IMG/VR virus record: IMGVR_UViG_3300032116_000108
Location: 1-64,000 of that record
Length of the DNA: 64,000 bases
Strand: one strand, 5' to 3'
Source of the DNA: a virus
Position numbers and translations under genes: made by a program. Under the pieces are notes generated by a model that was not told the DNA's origin, made no database searches, and saw only the letters and a list, made by a program, of their open reading frames with translations. Positions 27,401 through 36,523 of this stretch are shown piece after piece. Numbering within the stretch: position 1 is the first letter of the stretch; each line of letters begins with the position of its first letter.

Positions 27401-30400
27401 ATTAGTGTCGTCACATCAAAACTGGCGTCTATGGTACCATTAGTATTTAAAATAACTATGTTTTTATAGTTTGCGTTAGAATTCCAAGAATTAAAAGAAC
27501 CACCAACAACTATTCTCCCATCCGATAGTAAATCAATAGAATTAACATACCCACCACCATTCGCACCACCACCAACACCACCTAAATTAACACCAAAAGA
27601 TACGTCGTAGGTACCATCACTATTTAATCTTGCAAGACCGTATGGGGCATTAGCACCACCAAATTGTGAGAATATTCCACCTACTAAAATTTTACCATCA
27701 GGCTGAATTTTAATCGCCTTAACTTTACTACCTGAAGCGGTTCCAGCAAAAAATCCACTACTAGTGTTTGTTTTAAAAACTGTGTCATATAAACCAGTTG
27801 TACCATCTAATCTTATTATACCACCAAAGTTAAGAACACTATTATAAGTGGTAAACCAACCACCTACTAAAATTTTACCATCCGCCTGAACGGCAACCGC
27901 CTCTACAGGTAAATTAAAACCATTATTATAATTATTACCACCATTACCAGTATTAAATTGACTATTTAATGACCCATCTGTTTGATTAAGTTTTGCAATT
28001 CCTATTGTATATACATTTGGTGATGATCCAAAAGTATACTGAACAAACGCACCTCCTAATACCGGATTATTAGTACTATCAAATGCAATGGAATTTATAT
28101 AATCACTAAATTTACCACCAAAACTACCCGCAGTAAAATATCCATTACCCCACCTAAATTTAATTCCGTTTTCGTATATAAAATTTCTCAAAGGACCATA
28201 AGTAGAATAAAGGTCAACTGTTTGTTCTAATTGACCTAATGTCATTCCTGTAATGATTTGAAAATACTCTACCCCTGCAGGAAATTTATAATCTTTACTC
28301 TGTTCAGTTAATCTTAATTTTAATTGTGCAGTACCAATTTGTTGATTAGTTTTTATATATGTTTTATTTACGTTATTTAAACCATTTTGAATGTTATTTG
28401 TTGTTCCAGTTACTGATGTTGTTCCAAATTGGTTTAACGTAGAACCTGTTAAGTTTGGGTCGTTTATTAAATTTAAATCAGTGAATGTTAATAATTGTCC
28501 AGCACCACCTAATTGTTCTAAAGTACCTTCATCACATAAAAGAATCAAAGGTAAATCCGTAAAAGGTACTGATGGGTCTTCTAAATTTGTTTGTGGGTTG
28601 GTGTTTTTAACGGTAGTCGTAATATAAGTACCATCTTCAAAGTATGCTCCTCTTGAATTTAATTTATTTAATGATTGTGACCAATGTGGTGTGAATCCTA
28701 CTGCACCTATTTTACTATCTTGTTTTGGCCAAACGGCAATATTAGTTTTTGCGAACTTAGTATATGGTCCACTATAACCAGCGAAACCTTGATTTATTCC
28801 ATAATAAAATGATTGTTCGTCAGTTTCGCATGTTTGAAATGTTGAACAATAATTAGGTGAAATTAATTTTTGGTATTCTTGTAATTCTGTAAAAGTATAT
28901 TCGCCAACACTATTACTATCAATTAAAACACTATAATTAATTCTTTCTGATGTGTATACTGGGTCGGTTAAATCCCTATCCATTTCATATGTTTCACAAG
29001 TACAAGCCTCACAATCAGGATAACCCATCATAGGTAATGATAATCTAGGAAATGCCCTATCGTCTAACCTAATTGGGTTACTATCAGGACAATTTAATTC
29101 TGTTAAATTAAATTTTCTTCTAAGCCAATTTATTGCATTACAAATTGCAATTATGATAACAAATATTATATCAAAAATTAAATTTATTATTTTTCTTATT
29201 ATTGGATAAAATCTAGCAACAAAATGCCATATAATAATTATTATTGGAAATACAACCGTAAATAATGTTATTAATAAATTGAATACGAAAAATAAACTAT
29301 CAAAATTTCTAACTCCATCATTTACAGGAAACCTGTTTGTTGTCGTTGTACATGACCTATCGGTTATTTCTTTAATCCCTAAATGTCTACTTCTATTGAA
29401 ACCCCATTTCCACCTATCTAAAAAAGCAGATACTGTATAAACTCTATTAAAATTAAACTCAAAAAACCTATCTTCACAATTGATTGCTTCTTGAATCATT
29501 TGATTTCCTAGTGTTGTTCCTGTGTCTCCATATTCGTTCCAGTCTAAACTAAACGCATAACTTTGTTTTTGTAATAAGTCGTTTGCAGGTTTTTGTTCAG
29601 GAAATAAATTCCAACCATACTCTTTAATGTTTGGTATTAGATAATCGGGTCTTATTACATCGTCATTTGCTCCACCCTCATTTTGGTACACTACCCTAAA
29701 TCTATATTTTGCCTTTGTTGGTATTCCTACTGTTGGGTCGTTAGATAATACTTGTTCTCCAAATTCGTTTGTAGAAACAAAATCCAAATTCATTGGTAGT
29801 TCCACTAACCATGTTCCGTTATCATCAACTACGTTACCTCCTTCAGGTAATTGATACTGTTCTAAAACAGGGAGTCCGGCACTATCGTTATCTATTGTTT
29901 GTCTTATTGCTAAAATTTTAGCAGGTCCTGTAACTAAATCACAAAGATTACCAGTATCAAACTTAGGTTTACAATTAATACCCAAAGCGTCATCATCTGT
30001 TGCTGAAAATAATGATCCCATAAAAATTGATTGTGGTTCAATTACAATTCCTAAATCTCTTAAATCAAAATCTACTCTTGTGATACCGACATTACAAATA
30101 TCACCTTCACCCCAAAATGAAGCGACATCCACATCTTTTTTAGAGTTTATAATTTGAGGTAAGGCGTCTAAGTCTGAGGACGATCTAAATTGTGTTCCAG
30201 CAAATTGTGACTCAACACCCATACCCATTCTAATCAAATCTGAGGGTCTTTGGGAGAAGCACCCTATGTTAGATATGTCCATGTCCATGATAACCGTTTG
30301 TATTCCTAATGGAACACCGACTATCATAAAGTCTCCGCTGTCGTTAGTTCTTACGGTATATTTATAATATTTTTCATATACTTCTAATACTTCTTGTCTT

Positions 30401-30786
30401 GTTAACACATCTTCTCTACTAGGGAATGTACCTGTTGGTGTGTGTCCCCCGTATTCTTTTTCGTAAGGTAAGAGGTTATATCTATACCCGTCTTCGTTTT
30501 TTTGATCAACTCTTTTATATGGGTAAAGTGTTGATATTACAACATCATTCTCGTCTTCTTGGGTTAATGGGACAAAAACAGAAACGGCAACATTAGGTAC
30601 ACCATAACCACCGTTAGCTACAACTCTACCTGTTACCACACCGTAATCAGCACAAAATCTTGTATAAACATCTGATTGTTTTAGTTTTAAAGATAAAATC
30701 TCAATGAAATCGAAATCTTGTTCGATATTCATTCTTATATTTTTATCTTTCCCTGGTGTGGTTCTGAATCTATAACTTTTTCCCAT
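24481..30786 (-). CDS. 2101-aa baseplate-associated protein with a hydrophobic hairpin and a 7-bladed delta-60 beta-propeller
   Basis: N-terminal carboxypeptidase-regulatory-like beta sandwich (GVVTGRVV...GVPNVAVSV...TNDSGDFMIVGVP), a hydrophobic segment at about 29120-29297, and seven QxDGKILVGGxF-type repeats. Confidence 0.65.
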   Translation of the reverse strand: MGKSYRFRTTPGKDKNIRMNIEQDFDFIEILSLKLKQSDVYTRFCADYGVVTGRVVANGGYGVPNVAVSVFVPLTQEDENDVVISTLYPYKRVDQKNEDGYRYNLLPYEKEYGGHTPTGTFPSREDVLTRQEVLEVYEKYYKYTVRTNDSGDFMIVGVPLGIQTVIMDMDISNIGCFSQRPSDLIRMGMGVESQFAGTQFRSSSDLDALPQIINSKKDVDVASFWGEGDICNVGITRVDFDLRDLGIVIEPQSIFMGSLFSATDDDALGINCKPKFDTGNLCDLVTGPAKILAIRQTIDNDSAGLPVLEQYQLPEGGNVVDDNGTWLVELPMNLDFVSTNEFGEQVLSNDPTVGIPTKAKYRFRVVYQNEGGANDDVIRPDYLIPNIKEYGWNLFPEQKPANDLLQKQSYAFSLDWNEYGDTGTTLGNQMIQEAINCEDRFFEFNFNRVYTVSAFLDRWKWGFNRSRHLGIKEITDRSCTTTTNRFPVNDGVRNFDSLFFVFNLLITLFTVVFPIIIIIWHFVARFYPIIRKIINLIFDIIFVIIIAICNAINWLRRKFNLTELNCPDSNPIRLDDRAFPRLSLPMMGYPDCEACTCETYEMDRDLTDPVYTSERINYSVLIDSNSVGEYTFTELQEYQKLISPNYCSTFQTCETDEQSFYYGINQGFAGYSGPYTKFAKTNIAVWPKQDSKIGAVGFTPHWSQSLNKLNSRGAYFEDGTYITTTVKNTNPQTNLEDPSVPFTDLPLILLCDEGTLEQLGGAGQLLTFTDLNLINDPNLTGSTLNQFGTTSVTGTTNNIQNGLNNVNKTYIKTNQQIGTAQLKLRLTEQSKDYKFPAGVEYFQIITGMTLGQLEQTVDLYSTYGPLRNFIYENGIKFRWGNGYFTAGSFGGKFSDYINSIAFDSTNNPVLGGAFVQYTFGSSPNVYTIGIAKLNQTDGSLNSQFNTGNGGNNYNNGFNLPVEAVAVQADGKILVGGWFTTYNSVLNFGGIIRLDGTTGLYDTVFKTNTSSGFFAGTASGSKVKAIKIQPDGKILVGGIFSQFGGANAPYGLARLNSDGTYDVSFGVNLGGVGGGANGGGYVNSIDLLSDGRIVVGGSFNSWNSNANYKNIVILNTNGTIDASFDVTTLIPGEPNGFVGEVKIVKVDANDNILVGGKMTKFRGDSNIQKLVRITPTGIVDTLFNIFTELQQNLQDFTALSEIRSVEIDSNNQILIGGVFAALDRTNILKINQDGSIDPTFDAGNDWGTSVNTIKEDPNGGYYVGGNFSFNSANNTQRLNFAKIGTDGSLSETGTISNADPLSYWRNVASGFNAYPKFFFENFYNKEILILTRGVDPYTQKQTIEYDLSPLIGSTLKIKGDYYLNIPVQPNFPQWQQGLTGPSTTNLAWQEQGISNSQWYTGGITPESHDVINNTNPVLYHRPYNNFNITQPWSAFTNNSLKYYNSTDKSRVSHVAFPNDIYNIGDFTNGLGRETLVSYQWTQGSNTIGVQWTQGDPPDNVGPIYTDPNNGTPVFKQGIVEGSTFLASTKSPGERVNLVDPLTFVRIFSPAYHMDYLTDTIMTNKTRLVFRSDRLPTSTTTEVNGNTSYSLFLNDNFAIYRISDQGILEGLTYQINQQTDTTNNFQDFADDNSSQVNDAILNTLTCEGLKPLDCYVGQGTSFSVSDPCLTNEDTSLSTQRVIGGCYYFVQEPFFKVESIKKDINFFAEWKARFRFTYAACRGVISHVFQNNWVNGSLYMFPIKKQTIFDIQGNPTKRIHCGSKDTFYSDQGPVYYNEDYNGYFYRATPYNITNGFIGQKPKYFDTTTITWVDAEPKFKGMNKRNIHFPTTIMDLGARDQFAKEICFNPELEGYLIETIKSTSFNETSDILLFFILSRLLSSTNGQRLIGSGDASINTIFSRSENRIDGDLAQLFSINSEYGIVPFNDQFYDDFDIYLDSQGSALIGIFFSANTENRILLTPGINTFGNVQQLIPYPKTQEVPFYKWRKVDPQASTPSDPQPAPTIFGSELNDWNTDLQTTNNLYSVNYQTMSFNGIPYFQATNGNNTGYIINYDNNGQPTPVPSQNQATDSFIVGAPYHFYFGLNKGKSAMNRYISKYIVGQE

Positions 30787-30856
30787 TATTACCTTTGTTG
30801 ATAAATAGTTATTTTATCAATTTTAAGATAAGTCATAACTTATCAAAATAAATAAT

Positions 30857-32695
30857 TTAACCAAAGTCAACGGTACTTAGATTTAAGACACTTACTTTAA
30901 TGTCCTTATTAGGGAATCTTATTTGATATATTTGGTCAGGTTCTGCAAATATCGTATTATTAATTAGTCGTATCTGTTTTGTTGTTGTGTTCACATAACT
31001 TTGTGAAGTTTCTGATGATGAGTATTGACCTCCAACTTTATTATAGACTTTAACTTCACTTAATGTATTAACACCAGCAATATCTTGTATTTGTTTATTA
31101 AGGTCAGATATATTAACATTCTGACCCAAATCTCTATTTGCTGGATTCATGAAGTTTGAAGTTGTATTAATAATTTCAGTTATTACTTGAGATTGGCTAC
31201 CAGGTGAATCTAAAACTACAAAAAATTCAAACTCTAAATCAATAACTTTTGCAACTTCTACGGAAATATAATCATTAATCATTCTATATCTTGATAAATA
31301 AGTTGCCAAATTTGAGATCAAGTTATTAGAAACCGTTTGTGTTAATGCCCCTGAAACATCATACGATAAAACTTTAACCGATATTTTATTATTAAATTCA
31401 CTTATTTGAACCTTTGCAGGTGCACCAAATTTTCCAGGCATTGTCTCTATAAGAGATTTATAATCATTAATTGTTACAGCCCTTCTTTGTGCCGCAAAAT
31501 TAAATGAAACCATATTTCTTACTTCATTAACGCTAGGTTGATTTGCCCCTCCTATTGCTGCCGTAATATTATTTACAGTTAATGACTGGACAACATTAGT
31601 ATTGTCTTGTTGTGACGGACCATTAACACTAAAATCTATTTGACCTAATTGATTTATCGCACCAACACCAATATTGGACGATAAACCACCACCAATTCTA
31701 TATTGTATAAACAATGTTGTGTTTGGTATAACGGTTAAACCTAAACCAATATTATTTTGATAATTCGCTAAGTTTAATTTTATACCTGTATTTGTAAAAT
31801 TGTTTAATTGTTGTTCAGGTGTTGTTGTTCCTCCACCAAATTGTAACTTTAAAAACCCTTCAGGTGTATATTCAGTTATAAATCTATTTTGAGTTTTTAT
31901 ATATTTCCCTACTTTTACACCAGCGTTATCTGTTGGTTTTGTTGGGTCTTCTACAAATATTGTGTCTTCAACTAAAGAATCGACTTCATACCATCTATTT
32001 GTTGATGTCGAAAACTCGGCAAATGTTGGTGTTGTTTGGTATTGTGTTCCGTCTTTTTGTATTACTGAAGTTACCCCTAAAACATTTCTTTCAGGTAAGA
32101 AAAAATTAAAAAAGGGAACAACATCTTGTGGGTTAATTACTTTTTTAAATACTTTTGTGGCCCCATTTACTACCACTTCTTGTTTAGTAATGACATAACT
32201 TGATAACTTATTATCTTGATCAAATATAGGTCTAACTGTTCTATTGATAAAACCTTCATTATTAAATTGAGTGGAAAAATCAACGTCGTTAACTAATTCA
32301 AAGATCTGTCCTCCTCCTTGAAACTGGGATCCTGCCCTTAAAATACCTAAATATCTTGAATCAGGGGAATCACCAAATGGTCGTACTGTTATTGAAATAT
32401 TAACAATCGCAACCGATGGTCTGTATCCCGGAATTTTAAGTCCGTAGGTTCTAGCAATATTAAATACTGAAGATCTTTGTTGTGCAAACTGTAATACTGT
32501 TTCTTGAACACTTCTATCAATATGATAATGTAAGTTGTCACCTATCGCAGCATTTAAATCCATGAACACAGAAAAAAGAGATGCGTCATTAAAATTTTGT
32601 ATTAACTCAGGGTAATACTGTTGTGTATAATTTAATAAGTCTTCTCTTAAACTTACAAAATCTCTGTTTGTGTATGAAATTTTATTATTTGCCAT
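30857..32695 (-). CDS. baseplate wedge subunit (T4 gp6 / baseplate J-like)
   Basis: YTNRDFVSLREDL, AQQRSSVFNIARTYG, LQFGGG, YRIGGG..SN, GGAN, AQRRAVTINDY. Confidence 0.85.
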   Translation of the reverse strand: MANNKISYTNRDFVSLREDLLNYTQQYYPELIQNFNDASLFSVFMDLNAAIGDNLHYHIDRSVQETVLQFAQQRSSVFNIARTYGLKIPGYRPSVAIVNISITVRPFGDSPDSRYLGILRAGSQFQGGGQIFELVNDVDFSTQFNNEGFINRTVRPIFDQDNKLSSYVITKQEVVVNGATKVFKKVINPQDVVPFFNFFLPERNVLGVTSVIQKDGTQYQTTPTFAEFSTSTNRWYEVDSLVEDTIFVEDPTKPTDNAGVKVGKYIKTQNRFITEYTPEGFLKLQFGGGTTTPEQQLNNFTNTGIKLNLANYQNNIGLGLTVIPNTTLFIQYRIGGGLSSNIGVGAINQLGQIDFSVNGPSQQDNTNVVQSLTVNNITAAIGGANQPSVNEVRNMVSFNFAAQRRAVTINDYKSLIETMPGKFGAPAKVQISEFNNKISVKVLSYDVSGALTQTVSNNLISNLATYLSRYRMINDYISVEVAKVIDLEFEFFVVLDSPGSQSQVITEIINTTSNFMNPANRDLGQNVNISDLNKQIQDIAGVNTLSEVKVYNKVGGQYSSSETSQSYVNTTTKQIRLINNTIFAEPDQIYQIRFPNKDIKVSVLNLSTVDFG

Positions 32696-32701
32696 ATAAC
32701 A

Positions 32702-33163
32702 TTAAATATTAATTATTACAAATTCTCTAGAACCAAATGGGTTACTTTCATTTGTGTACTCTATTTTAACTTTTGCCGTGTATTCTTCGGTATTTGCACC
32801 AGGTAATCTGTAAATCTCGTCGTTAAATTCTTGTGATTCAATTCTTTCGATGCTATTTTCATCTTTAATATACGGTTCTATTGATATGTTTTGTATAGTT
32901 AAATTTGGAATGTATTCAGAAACGCTTTGTTGTATTTCATTTTTAATGGCTTCAAAAGTTTCCCCGTCAAGTGGTTCAAAAATATACTCATAGAGTCTTG
33001 TACCAAAATCAGGTAGGTAATACCTATAACCTTTTCTTGTTAATAATAAATGAATCAAATTACTTCTTATTTCCTCATCCGTTTGTTCTGATAATGAAAG
33101 ATATTTTCCTGTTATACTTTGTCTAAAAGGAAAATTTATACCGTATGTTATACCATTTGCCAT
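32702..33163 (-). CDS. baseplate protein gp25/GPW-like
   Basis: GINFPF, IRSNLIHLLLTRKG.RYYLPDFGTRLYEYIFEP. Probable start MANG at 33163. Confidence 0.85.
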   Translation of the reverse strand: MANGITYGINFPFRQSITGKYLSLSEQTDEEIRSNLIHLLLTRKGYRYYLPDFGTRLYEYIFEPLDGETFEAIKNEIQQSVSEYIPNLTIQNISIEPYIKDENSIERIESQEFNDEIYRLPGANTEEYTAKVKIEYTNESNPFGSREFVIINI

Positions 33164-33208
33164 ATATAATAAATATAACAAAACATAATTTGCATTATAT
33201 GGTAAAAA

Positions 33209-34291
33209 CTATTTTACTAAATTGTGTTTTGTTTTATCATGAACAAACTCATATTCTTTACTCATTGCACCAAATGTAACCTTATCCAAACTAATTGTTT
33301 TGATCCATGAAGGTAAAACAACATAATCTAAAGCCTTACAATTCATATTTGCGTTTTCTTCATTAATTAAATACCAATAAATCCAAACCAATTGCATTTT
33401 AGTAAATTGTTTTCCTGATTTATTAGTTATCCTATATTTGTTTATTGTTTTATCAAATTTAATTTCAGCTTGGAATGGGTTTAACCCAATGTCTGGTAAA
33501 TCTGTTTTTAATCCTAATGTGTCATTATTTGTTAAAATTTTACACATTAATATATTAGTATTATTTATTTTTACAGTTTTAGACCCATAGTATGATGAAT
33601 CCATACTAGTTCTATTTGATTCTGTTTGTTTAAATTTTTCATTAGCATCAAAAGGGGGGATTTGTTTTTCTTTTTTTTTAGTATTGAATTTTATTTTGAA
33701 TGTTGCTTGTTGTCCAGGTATTGGGTATAATTTAGTATCTCTTTTTTCGTCTATTTTACCTCCCGTATCCATGATTCTAGAATACGTTTGTACTATAACA
33801 TTACTAGATGGAAATTCTTTAATTAAAACATTTTTTAAAGAATTTGCCCTATTTTTTGCATACTCTAAATTTTTTTCTCTGTTTTTTTCACCTGATAGTC
33901 CTTCGTATTTATTTGTAACTTTTTCTATTTTAAAAGGATCATTCGCATCTGTATTTTTATAATCGGCATTCATCGGTCCGTCAACATAATTACTAGCACC
34001 ACCATAAACTGTAACATTTAACAAGTTAGTCATTTCTATCCCCTGTTTGTCTAAATCCTCTTTAATTTTTTGTATAGCATTATTAATAGTAATTTCACTT
34101 TTTGTAACATCAAAACTTATGAAACCATTAACCATATACTCGTTAGGGTTATCTTTAGAATTTGTTTTATTTAAAGTTATTAATGGTTTAGAAAAATCTA
34201 ACCCTTCTAATAATACCTGTTGTTTGTTAAATTTAACATACATTTCAAGTATATTTTTTTTTTCATTTTCACTTATAAATAATTTTTTCAT
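33209..34291 (-). CDS. protein with an OmpA-like (peptidoglycan-binding-type) domain and an N-terminal leader
   Basis: VTVYGGASN...NLEYAKNRANSLKNVL resembles the OmpA C-terminal motif. Probable start MKKLFISE at 34291, after the late-type motif. Confidence 0.45.
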   Translation of the reverse strand: MKKLFISENEKKNILEMYVKFNKQQVLLEGLDFSKPLITLNKTNSKDNPNEYMVNGFISFDVTKSEITINNAIQKIKEDLDKQGIEMTNLLNVTVYGGASNYVDGPMNADYKNTDANDPFKIEKVTNKYEGLSGEKNREKNLEYAKNRANSLKNVLIKEFPSSNVIVQTYSRIMDTGGKIDEKRDTKLYPIPGQQATFKIKFNTKKKEKQIPPFDANEKFKQTESNRTSMDSSYYGSKTVKINNTNILMCKILTNNDTLGLKTDLPDIGLNPFQAEIKFDKTINKYRITNKSGKQFTKMQLVWIYWYLINEENANMNCKALDYVVLPSWIKTISLDKVTFGAMSKEYEFVHDKTKHNLVK

Positions 34292-34312
34292 ACATATAAT
34301 AAATATGTATAT

Positions 34313-34343
34313 AAAAAAAATCACTAATTACTTAGTGATTTTT
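34313..34343 (-). terminator. intrinsic terminator ending the replication operon
   Basis: AAAAATCACTAA-GTAA-TTAGTGATTTTTTTT hairpin with a U tract on the minus strand. Confidence 0.65.
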
Positions 34344-34554
34344 CTTGTAGGTTTGTATTTCCTCTTTCATGTCTTGGTTCGTATGGACAATGTAAACATC
34401 CGTTACCACAACATTTACCACGTTTCATATGGTAATCTTCTGTCATGACCATTCTACCTTGACTATCATAATAAAACTCAGTTGGTTGAAGTTTTGGTCC
34501 AAACTCTCTAACATATTGTTGTTGTATCCAATCTTTTGATGCCCCTACATTCAT
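34324..34554 (-). CDS. DUF5522-like small Cys-rich protein
   Basis: H..RGKCCGNGCLHCPY motif. Confidence 0.75.
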   Translation of the reverse strand: MNVGASKDWIQQQYVREFGPKLQPTEFYYDSQGRMVMTEDYHMKRGKCCGNGCLHCPYEPRHERGNTNLQEKSLSN

Positions 34555-34555
34555 T

Positions 34556-34636
34556 TTAGTTAGTTTTTCTTTGGTTATAAAACGCCAACAAAACTTGGTA
34601 TGTTAGCGTTATATCATTTCCCCATTGTACTTTCAT
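34556..34636 (-). CDS. 26-aa mini-ORF MKVQWGNDITLTYQVLLAFYNQRKTN
   Basis: Fills the nrdJ-DUF5522 gap: ATG 3 nt after the nrdJ stop, TAA 1 nt before the next ATG. Confidence 0.45.
   Translation of the reverse strand: MKVQWGNDITLTYQVLLAFYNQRKTN
34577..34610 (-). terminator. hairpin, possible terminator or attenuator, inside the mini-ORF
   Basis: AACGCUAACA/UGUUGGCGUU 10-bp stem (one G-U pair, fully paired only on the minus strand) followed by UUAU. Confidence 0.45.
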
Positions 34637-34639
34637 GAC

Positions 34640-36499
34640 TTAGACAATTTCACATGCTCCACCGGCACACGCAGCTTCTCCTCGTAGGTCAGTGTTATCT
34701 TGTAACTCAATAACTTTTGTAAGATCAACATTTGATAGTGTTTTAACCAATCTTTCAAAATCTTCTTTCGTACAGTCTTCAAAAGGTGCTTGTGTATATG
34801 TTCCTCCGTTGTATGGTAATACTGAAAGTCCGTTATAAAAGTCTCTATTATTCCACATCCAATCACCAACTAATTCCCACTCATCTTCTTTAATTGAAAC
34901 GGTTGCCGATACGTTGTGAGTATTTTGTCCGTTTCTATGACCAGGTTTGATCCATTCTTGAGATACTTTTTTAACTCTCTCTAACATCTGAAATACTGAC
35001 TCATGTCTAACAATTGAACCTTCAGGTGCTCTTTGTGGAATAGTAATTACCGCAGTATCATGTGGTCTAAAGTATTCATCTTCAATCAACTCAGGGTGAT
35101 TAATTGCCAAGTATGAATAGATTGATTCGTTTTTACCAACACGGATTCTTCTTAGGTAATAATCATTATGCCAAGCGTGAATACCTGATGATGTCCCTAA
35201 TACTAAAGATGATGTTCCTGATGGTTTAACTGTTGTTGTTCTTGCAGATTTGTTAATTTTAATTAATGATGCAACTCTTTCGTTTTCTTCTTTAACTGCC
35301 TTAGCAGCCCTTTTCATGTCATAACCTAAAACAACACCTGAACCAATACCTGTCATACCAACACCGATAAGTGCGTCTTTTTCGGTTGTTCTTTTCCAAA
35401 TATCTCTCAAGTAGTGAAAGTCAGTGTATCCTGCCTGTAAAGTACCAATGAATGATGCCGCTTTAACTCTTTTATCAAAATCTTCTTGTGATTCAATATC
35501 TGAAGCATTTACCTCACATAAATTACAGAATTGGAATGGTCTTAGTGCGATTTCACAACAAGGGTTTGTTCCCCAATCTTTATCGTTAGATAGATAAATT
35601 CCTGGTTCCCCTGCTCCTGATAATTCAATACGTTTCCACAAATCCATAAAGAATTCTTTTGTAATTTTGTGACGAAGAAGTACCGCTGAGTTATTTGCTC
35701 TACCTCTTTGTGCGTTTTGTTCCCACCAATTTCCTGACTTACAAGAAATCATTTCTTCATCGTCAGCCGAAAATAATGAAATAAGTGCCGCTCGTCTGAT
35801 ACCACCTGCAAGTACCGCGTCTGCAATATGACAAACGATGTCGTGTGTTTCAATAGGTGTTAATCTTTCACCATCTTTTTTGTTATCCAAAACTTTAGTA
35901 ATGTGGTGGATACAATCTTTTAATGGTTGAGGTCCGGGAGCCTTACCTCCTGATGTTACAAGCATCGCACCTTTTTGTCTAATATCTGAAAAATCAAACA
36001 CAGGTGTTGATGATTTGTAACCTAAATACGATTCCATTAATACTTTAATGGCATCTGCCCATCCTTCAATAGAGTCACCAATAAGATAACGTCTCGTTCT
36101 TTCAGGGTTTGGTTTTTTTATTTCTGGTAGTTTTTCAACGTGGTGTTTTTGAACTGAGTATCCAACTCCTGTTCCACCTAAAAGTAAAAACATTGTTTCA
36201 GAAAATGCATCTACGTGATCGATTGGCATATATGCACAATTGTAGACTCTGTTTGGTGAGATTTCAATTGGTTTTCCACCAAATTGTAATGATCTCATAG
36301 ATGGTAAAACTTTTTTGTCATACACCATTTTATATACCTCTTCTATCTCATCTTTGATGTGGGGGTACTTACGTTGGTGCATCTCTTTGTTACGTGTTAC
36401 CAACTCTTCCCAAGTCTCTCTCCTGTTTAATTCAGGTTGAAACTTAGCGTATTTCATAAAGACAGTAATGTCACTTAATATTTTTTGCGAAATATCCAT
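34640..36499 (-). CDS. nrdJ: class II (adenosylcobalamin-dependent) ribonucleotide reductase, monomeric RTPR type
   Basis: RRETWEE, YNCAY, LLGGTGVGYS, GGIRRAA, TNPCCEI, FCNLCE, TTVKPSGT and a C-terminal CAGGACEIV redox pair. Probable start MDISQK at 36499. Confidence 0.9.
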   Translation of the reverse strand: MDISQKILSDITVFMKYAKFQPELNRRETWEELVTRNKEMHQRKYPHIKDEIEEVYKMVYDKKVLPSMRSLQFGGKPIEISPNRVYNCAYMPIDHVDAFSETMFLLLGGTGVGYSVQKHHVEKLPEIKKPNPERTRRYLIGDSIEGWADAIKVLMESYLGYKSSTPVFDFSDIRQKGAMLVTSGGKAPGPQPLKDCIHHITKVLDNKKDGERLTPIETHDIVCHIADAVLAGGIRRAALISLFSADDEEMISCKSGNWWEQNAQRGRANNSAVLLRHKITKEFFMDLWKRIELSGAGEPGIYLSNDKDWGTNPCCEIALRPFQFCNLCEVNASDIESQEDFDKRVKAASFIGTLQAGYTDFHYLRDIWKRTTEKDALIGVGMTGIGSGVVLGYDMKRAAKAVKEENERVASLIKINKSARTTTVKPSGTSSLVLGTSSGIHAWHNDYYLRRIRVGKNESIYSYLAINHPELIEDEYFRPHDTAVITIPQRAPEGSIVRHESVFQMLERVKKVSQEWIKPGHRNGQNTHNVSATVSIKEDEWELVGDWMWNNRDFYNGLSVLPYNGGTYTQAPFEDCTKEDFERLVKTLSNVDLTKVIELQDNTDLRGEAACAGGACEIV

Positions 36500-36523
36500 T
36501 TTATTCAAATTTAATAATTTATT

